Positions 50,942 through 61,587 of a DNA stretch of 64,000 bases are shown piece by piece. A program made the translations under genes and the position numbers. How positions within the stretch are numbered: position 1 is the stretch's first letter; each line of letters begins with the position of its first letter. The stretch is from an uncultured delta proteobacterium (GTDB taxonomy: Bacteria > Desulfobacterota > Binatia > UBA9968), in the NCBI GenBank assembly GCA_963755715.1, contig CAVWLW010000054.1, positions 64,001 to 128,000 of the forward strand, written 5' to 3'. The notes below the pieces were generated by a model. The model was not told the DNA's origin. It saw nothing but the letters and a program-made list of their open reading frames with translations, and ran no database searches.

Positions 50942-51660
50942 GTTCAATTCCTTTCCTCATTCGTTATCCTGTCAGGGCGATTCCTTTGTGCAATGCTCTC
51001 CCGAGCTTCAATCCCTTTTTTTTGTATGTCAGCACATATAATCTATCCTCAACCTCCGATGCAGTTGCCCACTGCGGATCCTTGATTTCGCGAAGCTGGA
51101 TGGAACCCAGACTCTTCTAAGTTTACAAGCAGCCCCGAATTCCGTAATTTCTTGATTCGATCCTGTCTTTGGAGCTTTCAATCAACGATCTCAGAATGTA
51201 TATTACGATCCAGCATGGAAAGCAGGGAGTTTTCTCGATCCAACGCATCTGTCGTTCGTTAAAATGTTGATCCATGGCGAGCTTGCAGCACATAGAACCG
51301 GATACTGTCAGCTGCGCGGGCAGAATTCAACATTCCGCTTTGACTCAGCGATGAGCTGAGAAAAGTTTGGCAACTCTCAGACGATTTAGTCGGGACTTTT
51401 AAGCGCAAGGAAAGCATGGTCGTCTAGACAGACTTCGGCATGCGTCGACTAACTAACAAAATGGAAATTAAAATACACACGTTTTTCTCCTCGGTTCTGA
51501 AGTGGTTCTAGACGTATCCGTCGTCTTTCGCTCCGAGACGGTACAAATACCTGTTGCTGACCAAAGAGAGGTGTTTCCCATGCTCAAATATACAGGGGAA
51601 AGCTCCCAATCGAGCTTGCGCCGCACAGGCTAACTCCCCCGAACAGGGTATAGGTTTCAC

Positions 51661-54600
51661 ATGGATCCAGAGATGCTTTGCTGTCCCCACTGTCGCGGGT
51701 CGCTCAGGGCTGCATCCGCTGGCTACAGCTGTTGCCAGTGCCAGGCCACCTATCCGGTTCGCCATGGCGTGCCTATCCTGATTCCAGGGATAACGGTGGA
51801 GCGGTCGAACTTCTCAGTAGCCGACGACCTAATCACGCGGATTTGCGCTGCCGAAAAGATCCCCGACCAGCCGGAGAACCGCGCTACATTACGGGAGATC
51901 TTTGCCTGGAATTATCGTCTCGCCGACATCTGGTTGACGGCCGAAAACAACTATTACCTTAAGCGGGTTGGTCTGAATGCCGATGGCTACCGCCCAAAGG
52001 CGCCTCGTATGGACCGGGAATCGGTCAACGGCAACATCTGCTACGAGATTCCGTTTCACTACATCCCCGCAACCTTGCCTCCGGGAGAGACGCGCAGCTG
52101 GAACGTGCGACTCGTAAACAAGGGGGCGGGGGTTCTTTCGCCTGAAGGATCGCAGCCCGTCTTCCTCTGTTATCGCTGGAGAGATCCTACGGGAACAATC
52201 ACGCAGAGCGAGGAAGTGCGGACGACGCTGCCAGTCGAAATGGCGCCGGGACGCGGGGTGACAATTCCGCTCTGGGTCGCGACGCCGGGGCGTCCTGGCC
52301 AATACACACTCGAAGTGCTGCTCGGGCAGGACGGGCCGATCTGGCATGAGGGTGGCGCACGCAGGATCGATGTGCAGGTGTCAGCCTCTTGGAATTCAGC
52401 GGTTCTAGCCGACTGGCTGACGCTGCATCGTTTGCCCGAGACCTATGATTACAGGATCGATCACGAAGTCGGGCGCGTGTTCGTGAAGGAAGAGCTAGCC
52501 CGCAGGCGCCAGCCGCTGCGGCACGTCCTCGAAGTTGGCGGCTGCTGCAACCCGATGACCTGGGATCTGCCCGGTGAGTTGGTTAGCACTGACATCGACG
52601 TTCAGACGCTCCAGGTGGGTGCACTCCATTTTGCGACCACCAAGCCGAACATTAAGTTCGTGGCGGCCGATGCATTGAAGCAGCCGTTTGCAGATGGTGT
52701 ATTCGATTGTGCCGTGCTGTTCTCCACCCTGCACCACTTGCTGGATCCAGTGGGTTGTCTGCGGGAGATGCGGCGTGTCGTTCGGCCAGGCGGGTTTCTC
52801 GCTATTCTTTGTGAGCCGATTGGATCTTACCGGGCCGAGACGCTCAGTGCGGAATTTCGGCGAGACCTCGAGGAGGGGATCAACGAGCAGATCTTCACCG
52901 ATGAGGAATACGCGCAGATGTTCGATGCCGCCGGGCTGGTGGCAACGCGGGCAGTGATTGACGGCGGTTCGTTCAAGGCGATCCTATCCCGCGATGGTGC
53001 CGTCTGCTCAATTGACACAACGTCGAGCGCTCCGACCAGGCGTCCCCACATGCGCACCCAGCTATCGCATGCTGGTCAAGAACCGCTCAACATTCGCTTC
53101 GCGCGCCGCTTGACCTCGCCCTCCGCTGTGCCGGGTCAGTCGGCACAACCTAACCGGGGGACGGAAATGACTGACACGACTTCGGAACTCCAGAAGAAGA
53201 TCAACGAAATGATCTGGTTTCACACCATTGACTTCGGCAATGGCGTCATATCGCCAGGTACCAAGTCGATGTTGCAGCTAAGGCGAGAGGCCGATGCATT
53301 CTTTGGCTGCATTGATCTGAGGGGCCGAACTTTTCTCGACATCGGTGCGTGGAACGGTTACTTCTCTTTCGAAGCCAAGAGTCGTGGGGCGGGTCGTGTC
53401 TTAGCTACTGACAAGTTCACATGGACCCATCCGCACCTAAAGGGGCGGGAAGGTTTCGAACTTGCGAGGAAGCATCTCGGCTATAGCATAGAGGCCGAAG
53501 AAATCGATGTTGCCGAACTCACCGTTGAGCGCGTGGGCACGTTCGAGGTGGTCCTCTTCGCGGGCGTCTTCTGCCACCTCTTTGAAGCACCCCAACTGAT
53601 GCAGCAGGCGGCGCATACGGCAACAAAGCTCTTCATCGTTGAAACCCACCAAGAGCTCATAGATTTGGAACGCCCTGCGATGGTTTACTATCCGGGCGCA
53701 ACCCTCGCCAACGACGAAACCAATTTTTGGGGCCCCAATCCCCCGCTCATGCGACAATTGCTTACAGAGTCGGGTTTCAATGAAATCCATTACCGACCGC
53801 ACCCAGATACCGAGCACGATCACATTCGTGGCATTTACCTAGCGTTTCGCGATGTTGAAAGCATGACTTCACTAAGTTTCGATCGCGCGGGACGGTGGCG
53901 CGACCTGAACCGGCAACCTTCTACTATTTCATACGGAGAACACGTGGCTACGAGCTTGCCAACGATACCCATCTGCGAGGCGGAGGGGCACTATTGTTAT
54001 GGCGACGGCGTTTCCGGTTGGCTTACGGTGCTGGCGTTCGAAACCGACCTGCGCGTATCGGGTTGTGCGCCGTTCTCCATCTCGGTGACCAATGATGGCA
54101 TCCGAGTCTGGCCGTCTGTACGGCTTGTACTCCGCTGGACGGTGAAGGAACCGGATGGCGGCGAGCTCATTCTGAGCGACCAGATTGCAGCGGAGCTGTC
54201 GCTCCTTGCGCCGGGGAAAAGCCAGGTGCTTGAGACTTCGGTGCCGGTGCCGGTGAACAGCGTGCGCGATTTGGATATTGCCTTTCACCTCATGGCCGCC
54301 GATGGCACTTACTGGCTGCCCAAGGATCTGCCGGCTCTCCTGCGTCGACACATTTCCGGGCAGAGTGCTGAAAATGTGCCCGCGGATTTCGACTACGAAG
54401 CGATGTATCGGACCGTTGATCTGCGACAGGATTGGTGGACCCCGGTAGGTCCTGCGACACGAGCCGAATACGAAAGCCTAGGCCGCGCCCAGTGCGAGTC
54501 CTTGGTCGCGTTGGGGCTGGGCCCCAACGCGCGAGTGCTTGATATTGGTTGCGGGACCGGGAGGTTAACCGAGGCGCTGGCGCCGATCCTTTCACCGGAG

Positions 54601-55020
54601 GGGCTGTATTACGGAACAGATGTGGCCGAAGAGGCAGTGCAGTTCTGCCGAGCGAAATTCCCGCAATCGCGGTTCCATTTCGTTAAGAATGAGCATACGA
54701 GCATCCCGATCTACGGTATCGACTTCGACTTCATATGTCTGAGCAGTGTATTCACCCACATGTTCCCCGCTGATATCGCTGTTATGCTCGTCGATATTCG
54801 GCGGTTAATGGCTGACTCTGGCTGCGTGGTGGCCGATGCCTTTGTCTCTCCGGCAATCGCCGATTTCGTTGGAAACCGCGCGATGATCCAACTGAACGAA
54901 GGCAATCTGCTCGCAGAGTTTCGCAAGCATGGCTTTCGGGTTCGTGAGCTTTCCAGCACGACATGGAACGAACAATGCCGGCGGGTTATATATCACCTCA
55001 CCGCGCAAGAGTCGCGTTGA
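51661..55020 (+). CDS. Multidomain methyltransferase: Trm112-like, Ig-like, MT, MT (CmoB/DUF1698-like), Ig-like, MT
   Basis: LCCPHCRG.L...C..C...YPV..GVP; PF.DG.FD...LHH; WFH.ID.G.G...LDIGAWNG; VLDIGCGTGR...SVFTHM. A possible internal start lies at 53167. Confidence 0.85.
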   Translation: MDPEMLCCPHCRGSLRAASAGYSCCQCQATYPVRHGVPILIPGITVERSNFSVADDLITRICAAEKIPDQPENRATLREIFAWNYRLADIWLTAENNYYLKRVGLNADGYRPKAPRMDRESVNGNICYEIPFHYIPATLPPGETRSWNVRLVNKGAGVLSPEGSQPVFLCYRWRDPTGTITQSEEVRTTLPVEMAPGRGVTIPLWVATPGRPGQYTLEVLLGQDGPIWHEGGARRIDVQVSASWNSAVLADWLTLHRLPETYDYRIDHEVGRVFVKEELARRRQPLRHVLEVGGCCNPMTWDLPGELVSTDIDVQTLQVGALHFATTKPNIKFVAADALKQPFADGVFDCAVLFSTLHHLLDPVGCLREMRRVVRPGGFLAILCEPIGSYRAETLSAEFRRDLEEGINEQIFTDEEYAQMFDAAGLVATRAVIDGGSFKAILSRDGAVCSIDTTSSAPTRRPHMRTQLSHAGQEPLNIRFARRLTSPSAVPGQSAQPNRGTEMTDTTSELQKKINEMIWFHTIDFGNGVISPGTKSMLQLRREADAFFGCIDLRGRTFLDIGAWNGYFSFEAKSRGAGRVLATDKFTWTHPHLKGREGFELARKHLGYSIEAEEIDVAELTVERVGTFEVVLFAGVFCHLFEAPQLMQQAAHTATKLFIVETHQELIDLERPAMVYYPGATLANDETNFWGPNPPLMRQLLTESGFNEIHYRPHPDTEHDHIRGIYLAFRDVESMTSLSFDRAGRWRDLNRQPSTISYGEHVATSLPTIPICEAEGHYCYGDGVSGWLTVLAFETDLRVSGCAPFSISVTNDGIRVWPSVRLVLRWTVKEPDGGELILSDQIAAELSLLAPGKSQVLETSVPVPVNSVRDLDIAFHLMAADGTYWLPKDLPALLRRHISGQSAENVPADFDYEAMYRTVDLRQDWWTPVGPATRAEYESLGRAQCESLVALGLGPNARVLDIGCGTGRLTEALAPILSPEGLYYGTDVAEEAVQFCRAKFPQSRFHFVKNEHTSIPIYGIDFDFICLSSVFTHMFPADIAVMLVDIRRLMADSGCVVADAFVSPAIADFVGNRAMIQLNEGNLLAEFRKHGFRVRELSSTTWNEQCRRVIYHLTAQESR

Positions 55021-55125
55021 TGATTGTGGTTCCGAGAGGACCTTCAAATGACATCACTCGGATGTAGTAGACGTCGATTTGGTCCGGAGACCTGTCGGAA
55101 CAGCAGCAGCCAACTCGTGATGTAT

Positions 55126-56601
55126 CTACAAGACCCCCAAATTCTGCAACAACTCTTGCACGCGGGCACCAACGACCGCAGGGGCAAACAACTCACGAAG
55201 CAACGCTTGACCGCGTAGCCCCTTTGCGCGGGCTCCGGAACGATCCGCATAGACAGACCGGAGCGCTGCGACCGTCGCATCCAGTCTAGGCTCAGCCCAG
55301 ACTTGACCCTCCCAGCCCGGATAATCGCCTCTTTTCAAAGGGACAAGATCATAAGCCACAGGATATCCTGTCTCGGGGGTAACGAAGTCGGTTGTTCCCC
55401 CGTAGTCCGTCGCCACCACCGCCTTACCGGCCGCGAGGGCTTCTGCAGGGCCAAGACCAAAACCCTCGGACCGATGCAGCGAGATGAACACGTCGCAGCT
55501 TTGCATCATTGCATCCATTTGATCGCGGTTGAGTGTCCGGTCGATGACCTCGATGCGCGGATCGGTCGAAGCTGTTGCGGCAAGCCATTCGCGCACCCCC
55601 GAATCCTGCTCGCCGCGTGCTTTAACCACCAATTGGACATCGCGCTGACCGACCGGAAACGCGGCCTGGAAGGCGCATACCGCCGCGGTGAGATTCTTGC
55701 GGGCCCTGTAGGAATCGAAGTCGAGGTAGGTATACAGCCGCAAGATCTCGGGCGGGCCAGCTTTGTTGGCCAGCATCGCTGACATCCACATCGGCGGCCG
55801 CACCAGTCGGATTGGCCGGTCGAAATCCGGTGGAAAGGCATGTGCCACGAAGCTCGTCGGGGCCCAGATTTCGTCAAAGCGACGCGCCACGTCCAGCCAC
55901 GCCCGTGGAATCTGGCTGAGCTCCCAGAACGGGTAGAGGATGTTGACCCGCCCCGGGCCAATCTCGTGTGTCAGGTCGCAGATAGAAGGCAAGCCCACGA
56001 CGAGTAGATTTGCCTTGCGATCCGGAACCGTGATGCATTTGGTCATGAACTCGGCGACGCCTTCCCGACCGGGCAAAGGCAAATGACGAAATGACATTGG
56101 CAGGCGCCTAGCGTCGCACGCATAGGCCAAATTGCGCGCCGCTTGACCCAGGCCGATTTCCGAGCGCAGATACCCGATTAGGCACAACCCATCGTGCAAG
56201 CGGAGCGACGCCGGTTGCTCCATGCGGGCCGGGCGCGCAGTATCGTCCAGCCAGCGACATACTGCCGGGTTGCCAAGCCCCACCTGCAGCAAGTGGACAA
56301 TCGGGTTGCACTCGTGCGGATTAAATCCCTGTTCCAGTTGCGCGTAGTCCTCCGCGCTGAACCCTGGGGCCGGCTTGCGGCCTTCGCGCCAGCCAGATTG
56401 CATGTAATGCGCGAATGGATCAGCGCCGCAGGCCGCGACGTCCGGATACTCGGCGCAATACCAGTCCGCATTGAATAGGCCGAGCCGCTCGGCCAAGGCG
56501 CGGTCATTTCGGGTAACGGGCGGAGTGGCGAAATCGGATATCCCCTCGAGGTCCGACACCAGGCGCTGCCCGCGATCATTGGTCTGCATTAATTGAGACA
56601 C
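55126..56601 (-). CDS. Glycosyltransferase family 4 with N-terminal rhamnan-synthesis-type repeat
   Basis: FNADWY...YPDVA...DP..HY...GW.EGR.P; G.GQAAR; RKN; D.F.SLHRSEGFGL..AEA. Confidence 0.88.
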   Translation of the reverse strand: MSQLMQTNDRGQRLVSDLEGISDFATPPVTRNDRALAERLGLFNADWYCAEYPDVAACGADPFAHYMQSGWREGRKPAPGFSAEDYAQLEQGFNPHECNPIVHLLQVGLGNPAVCRWLDDTARPARMEQPASLRLHDGLCLIGYLRSEIGLGQAARNLAYACDARRLPMSFRHLPLPGREGVAEFMTKCITVPDRKANLLVVGLPSICDLTHEIGPGRVNILYPFWELSQIPRAWLDVARRFDEIWAPTSFVAHAFPPDFDRPIRLVRPPMWMSAMLANKAGPPEILRLYTYLDFDSYRARKNLTAAVCAFQAAFPVGQRDVQLVVKARGEQDSGVREWLAATASTDPRIEVIDRTLNRDQMDAMMQSCDVFISLHRSEGFGLGPAEALAAGKAVVATDYGGTTDFVTPETGYPVAYDLVPLKRGDYPGWEGQVWAEPRLDATVAALRSVYADRSGARAKGLRGQALLRELFAPAVVGARVQELLQNLGVL

Positions 56602-58301
56602 TGCAAATTTCTGTCGATATCGGCTCGATCCTCGGAACGCGATGCATGATCGGGCGTAGCAGATCCAGGATCATCATACACTTCCCGACCGTCAGACCAC
56701 GGAAAGCGGGCCTGCGCGACGTTGCCCAGCTCAACCCAGGGGTTGCGATACGGATCATGGCGGAATTGTTCGAGCCACCGCGCCGCCATGCATACCATCG
56801 CAGCCTGCCGCATCCGCGCAACTTCGGGCGAAAGCTCCGTGCCTCGTGTCGATGACTCAAAATGAAAAATTCCGTCCAGGGGGAGGCAAAGCACGCGGTA
56901 GCCAGCCTTGCGAACTCGAAGACAGTAGTCGACGTCGTTGAATTCAATGGGCAGATGCACTTCGTCGAACCCGCCGACCTGTACAAACACTTCACGCCGG
57001 CTGGCCATCAAGGCGCCTGTCACCGCTTGGTAATTGCGCACCGAGGAAAGAGCGTTCAAATATCCGGCGTCACCACGCCTTGCTCCGCGCAGCACATGAA
57101 GTGCGAGCATCGTCTTCACGCCAGCATGACCCTCACGCAATAACATACCCCCATGCTGAACCGAGCCGTCGGCATTGAGGAGTTTCGTGCCCACCACCCC
57201 CACTTCGGGCCGAAGCGCATGGGCCAGCATCTGCTCCACCAAGCCTGGCGACGTGATCTGTACATCATTGTTCAAGAGTAAGAACATCGGCGATGTGGAA
57301 ACCGCCACGCCTATATTGACCATGCGGGCGAAATTAAACTTCTGATTCATCGAAACGATCTTGGCTCCGTGGCGCTCGCGCAGCTGCGCGTACATCGCCG
57401 GGACAGCGGGATCATCGCTGTCATTGTCCACGATCACCAATTCCGTGCGGAACCGGTTCTGGAATTCCATAAACCTGAGGCATTGTGCCAGCAGGTCCGG
57501 CCGGTTGCGATTGGGGATGATCACCGCAAGATCCGGCATCGCGCACGGAGGCGAGAATGCCACTACAACGGGTGGAGGGACTGACTCAACGGGTTGAGGG
57601 ATATGCACCAGGGTCTCCGTCACGTGGCGCGCCGCAAGATGAGGTTCTTCTTGGGCGACGATACGCAGCCAGTCATGAAGATTGGCGCATGAGGTTGCTT
57701 GCGCTCGGCGGCGCTGGATCAGCCCACGCGATGCCACAAACGCCGTCTCAATATAATCCTGCGACTGGATCAGATCGGGGTCCCAGCCCGGGCTGAAGGT
57801 GGGGTGGGAGAATTCATGCGCGCCCGTGACGCGATCATGGTCGCAGAGCATCAAATCCGGAACGCGAGCGCCAGGCGCCGTGTTAAGCGCCGCGTTCAGC
57901 ATCATGAAGGTATCCGCATCAAACATCGTACCGGCCACAACGAACATCAAATGATCACCGCGCCACAGTCTGTCAGCGTGCAAATCGCGCAGAATATCAA
58001 GATGTGAGAGTCCTGGTTCGAAAAACAGACCCCGGTAACTGGCAAAATCCTCGGCTTGGTGGACATTGCCAATGGCCCCTCCCACGACCAGCACTTCGAT
58101 GTTTCGATATGTCTGTTGGAGCAAGGAGCGTAGCGTTGCGTCCAGCCTCGCGCTCGCCTTACCTGCGTCGATGGCATAGACGATGAGGGAAATCAGGTTG
58201 TTGCGCAGCCCTACCAGTCGTGCGCTTTCGTCGAGCCGGTCCGTTAACCGAGACTGTCGCCAGGAGGGGTAATCGCGGGCGGGCAAATTTATGTCACGCA
58301 A
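56589..58301 (-). CDS. Glycosyltransferase family 2, two GT2 domains (possibly the C-terminal part of a fusion with the upstream FkbM gene)
   Basis: L..QTY.N.E, D.D, IIP.RN, VDNDS, FNF...N, LLNND, AVTGA, FNDVD.CLR. The frame is open upstream to 58487 and no ATG start is evident at the 5' end. Confidence 0.88.
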   Translation of the reverse strand: MRDINLPARDYPSWRQSRLTDRLDESARLVGLRNNLISLIVYAIDAGKASARLDATLRSLLQQTYRNIEVLVVGGAIGNVHQAEDFASYRGLFFEPGLSHLDILRDLHADRLWRGDHLMFVVAGTMFDADTFMMLNAALNTAPGARVPDLMLCDHDRVTGAHEFSHPTFSPGWDPDLIQSQDYIETAFVASRGLIQRRRAQATSCANLHDWLRIVAQEEPHLAARHVTETLVHIPQPVESVPPPVVVAFSPPCAMPDLAVIIPNRNRPDLLAQCLRFMEFQNRFRTELVIVDNDSDDPAVPAMYAQLRERHGAKIVSMNQKFNFARMVNIGVAVSTSPMFLLLNNDVQITSPGLVEQMLAHALRPEVGVVGTKLLNADGSVQHGGMLLREGHAGVKTMLALHVLRGARRGDAGYLNALSSVRNYQAVTGALMASRREVFVQVGGFDEVHLPIEFNDVDYCLRVRKAGYRVLCLPLDGIFHFESSTRGTELSPEVARMRQAAMVCMAARWLEQFRHDPYRNPWVELGNVAQARFPWSDGREVYDDPGSATPDHASRSEDRADIDRNLQCLN

Positions 58302-58432
58302 TCGCTTTTCAGTTTCGAGGACGAATTCAGGACTTTCAGCACCGGGGCTTTCAATGATTGATGGCTGAGAGCAGTCAGAGGACGGGATTTCGTTCGGAAA
58401 GGTTAAGCTAGTAACTTCATAGGAGATGTTAT

Positions 58433-59984
58433 TTATTTTTTTTTTGAACCGCGCTTTACCGGTTCCGTGAAGAGAAAGTGAAGATATCTAAAAACCGCGG
58501 ACTTCTCTCTTGTTTCGCGATACTTGTTCAGCGCTTTCCAACCAATAGTATTCTTAATCGTTGCGAGTTCCTGCTCCTGCGCCTTTGCGGCTGCTTGGAG
58601 CTGGGCCAGCTTCTGCGCCTGAAGCTGGGCAGCCTCCTGCTCCACACGGTCCCGCTCTGCTTGGAGCTGGACCCACTCCTGCCCCTTTGCATCTAACGCC
58701 TTTTGTTGACTTTGGACCAATGCCTGAAGCTGGGTAGCCTCCTGCTCCACACGGTCCCGCTCTGCTTGGAGCTGGACCCACTCCCGCCCCTTTGCATCCA
58801 ACGCCTTTTGTTGACTTTGGACCAATGCCTGAAGCTGGGCAGCCTCCTGCTCCACACGATCCCGCTCTGCACTGGAGCTGGAGCCACTCCTGCCCCTTTG
58901 CATCTAACGCCTTTTGTTGACTTTGGACCAATGCCTGAAGCTGGGTCAGCTGCTGCTCTGTGTGCGTTATTGTCTGTTGCTGCGCTGCCTGAAAAGCCTT
59001 TGCATCGCTTCGAAATTGCTGAACTTCAGTTTCATTAGCCCAAAACTCAATGCCCAGCACCCTAGCTGCCTCAGTTTTCGACATTACCTCGTACTTGTAT
59101 TGAGGTTTCTTGATGAGCGCTAGCGCCAGGTCATCAAGGGTAGTAACTGGAATGAGGGGTGGCAGTCGATGTAGCTGATCTAGCTGATCCTGAACGCCGG
59201 AAAGGCGTTCTACCGGAATGAAGATCAGACCAGCCTCGCCACCGTCGGCGAAGAAATTATCTACGACTTGGCTAAAATTGTTAGTGTTATAAGCTGGTAC
59301 AATGAGAAGGTACGTGCCGTATCCTTCTTCTTTCATCAATTGCACCACCGGCCACCCGTAATGGAGAGAGTTGCATTCTGCAAAAACCACCGGTCGCTTA
59401 GCACGTAGCGTTTGTCGGGCTCCTCTCAGGACATTTAACTCCATATTCTCTGCATCGATTTTGATCAAATCACATCTGTCGATGGCGAGTTGATCAACAG
59501 TCATTACATCGATGGTGTAGTGTTTATGGTCGTCACTGGTGGTACAAACGGCATCCAAAATTGAGGTGCCCGCGAAGTTACTGGCATCTCGGATGTCTAG
59601 CTCCGGTATCTGTGCCTGTGAAACCCCCTCCGATACGGCAGAGTTAAACAATTTCACGTTAGCCATTCCATTTTGAGCCACGTTCTTCTTCAGGACTTCG
59701 AAGAACAAGGGCTGTGGCTCAAACGCGTAGACTTCGCCGCCACCGTTTACTCGCTTAGCAAACGCCAAAGTATGAGTCCCAATAAATGCACCAATATCGA
59801 GAACTGTGTCCCGTGAACCTATTAACGCGAGAAGAAATTCAATTTCAGCTTGAGCCCATTCTCCATAATCTCTGAGCGATCGAGAGATGACAGTATCGTT
59901 TTTGAAGAACGAGATGAGCCCATATCGGCAGGGTCTCGTTTCGATATCATTTTCTTCCAAGATCACCATAACATTGTTATTCAC
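58433..59984 (-). CDS. FkbM-family methyltransferase with tandem-repeat coiled coil (1-nt insertion near 58871)
   Basis: YGEW..E, LDIGAFIGTH, AFEPQ, IKID.E.ME..VL.GA, then 35-aa repeats and TIGWKAL. Confidence 0.88.
58617..58946 (-). repeat. 3 x 105-bp tandem repeat (35 aa, five heptads)
   Basis: GCCTGAAGCTGGG recurs at 58617, 58722, 58827 and 58933 (spacing 105, 105, 106). Confidence 0.95.
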
Positions 59985-60460
59985 TCTCTGCAGAAAGGAT
60001 GCGGGGTGCCAGAACCGCGTTTATCAACACTCAGACTAGGAGCCATTCCTCGTCTACATATAAAGCGCGGCGCCTTTGCGGAAAGGGGACACACCTTCGC
60101 TCACATTCCGATCTCAGCCTTAGTTCTTGGTTGCTGAATTTTCCCTGCGAAACCCTCTGGTTCGCAGGCCAGCGCCAGTTAAAAACCGAGCCGCGCAAAC
60201 TCTCTCCCGTGAGATATAGTTGTGTAAGGTTCCGCTGTCAATTGCAAGATGTGACCGTCTTCCGAATTAGGCATATGGGATGGAGGAAGCATCGCCTTTT
60301 TTATTTGAATACTTTAACCCATGGAAATTTGTGGGTATCGTGTTCAGCCTGCAATGGCGCACAAATATCTTCCATTTTTGAACCTACTAAATAGACTAAA
60401 ATTTTTCTCATTAAACCAAAGCGCTGCTAAAAGCATGAATACACATTCTTTCACAACAGG

Positions 60461-61330
60461 TTACGCGAGGCTATTCGGGCAAGGAGGGGGAGGCATGGCT
60501 AGTATTCGGGTACCCGCGCCAATCAGTAATGGGTAGAGGCTTGGAACGCGATCACGATGACGATTGGCGTTGAAAGCCACCACGTTATATCCCCTAATAT
60601 ATTGGGATGGAAATGGACTGGCCTGCGATGGCGTATACGCCACCAAGCCTTCGGGGCATGCAAATAGAAACTCATACCCATATCCCATCAGGAATGTGAA
60701 GACTTCCCATGGGCCATAACCGAACGCCCGCTCCCAGGGTGAGAAAACCTCAATCAGCATGAGCGGACGATACCGTTTCAGCAACTCAGTAGCTCCCCGG
60801 AGTACGTACAATTCGGCTCCTTCTACGTCGATCTTGATGAAGTCAGGGGGGACTTGTTTCTTCTGCGAGATAAGGGAATCGAGCGGAATGAATCGACAGT
60901 CGTAACTATCTATTTGATGGGTCTCTTGGACTCTGCTCCAATTCTCTCTAGGTGCCATCGAGCCCATCCCGAATAGTCCTTTCGGTACATTGATCTCCGC
61001 TTGTTTTTCTGATTCAGCCAGACCGTAAGGATGAGTAATTATCGGCGCTTTCAAGTGGGAATCTCGTTCAACTGCAACGCGAAGCGTCTCGTATATGGCC
61101 AAGACGGGTTCGAACGCGATTACCTTGCCACTCGGGCCGGCTAGCCGTGCAAGAAATAGCGAGACATCTCCCACATTTGCGCCGACGTCATAACAGTAAT
61201 CACCAGGTCGGATAATAGCCTCATAGATTTGCTCCTCGAAGTTCGCCGGAGTTACTGACGGGTTCCGGGGCCAGTGCTCCAATCCCAGAAATTCCTCGGC
61301 TACACGTTTGATTCTCTTAACAAGTTTCAT
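60461..61330 (-). CDS. FkbM-family methyltransferase
   Basis: YDVGANVG, VIAFEP, PDFIKIDVEGAE..VL.GA. Confidence 0.93.
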   Translation of the reverse strand: MKLVKRIKRVAEEFLGLEHWPRNPSVTPANFEEQIYEAIIRPGDYCYDVGANVGDVSLFLARLAGPSGKVIAFEPVLAIYETLRVAVERDSHLKAPIITHPYGLAESEKQAEINVPKGLFGMGSMAPRENWSRVQETHQIDSYDCRFIPLDSLISQKKQVPPDFIKIDVEGAELYVLRGATELLKRYRPLMLIEVFSPWERAFGYGPWEVFTFLMGYGYEFLFACPEGLVAYTPSQASPFPSQYIRGYNVVAFNANRHRDRVPSLYPLLIGAGTRILAMPPPPCPNSLA

Positions 61331-61587
61331 GCATATGCCTTAACTTGTAGGACATGAGTTGATAGGTCCGATTGCGTTGGACAAGAATCGCTTAAGCCGC
61401 AGCCTTCTGGGGTTTAGAGGGCAGATTGCTCAAGTGTATTGACAGTTGCAATCAATTCTTGGTGCGTTTTTTCATAATAAGACATCTCTTCCTTCTTTGG
61501 AGAGAAACTTTCAAAGCATAGATCCGAGACGAGTCGTCGCAGCTGCAAAGATCTCGGCAATAGATTTTTTCACAAGTTTTAAATATC

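Noticed and set aside
50948-51660. Long intergenic region as ncRNA or ops/JUMPstart leader
   Set aside because: No ops element or recognisable RNA structure was found. It is probably divergent promoters or remnant DNA.
58617-58946. Regular repeats as a possible CRISPR array
   Set aside because: Contiguous in-frame 105-bp coding repeats with no unique spacers and no cas genes.
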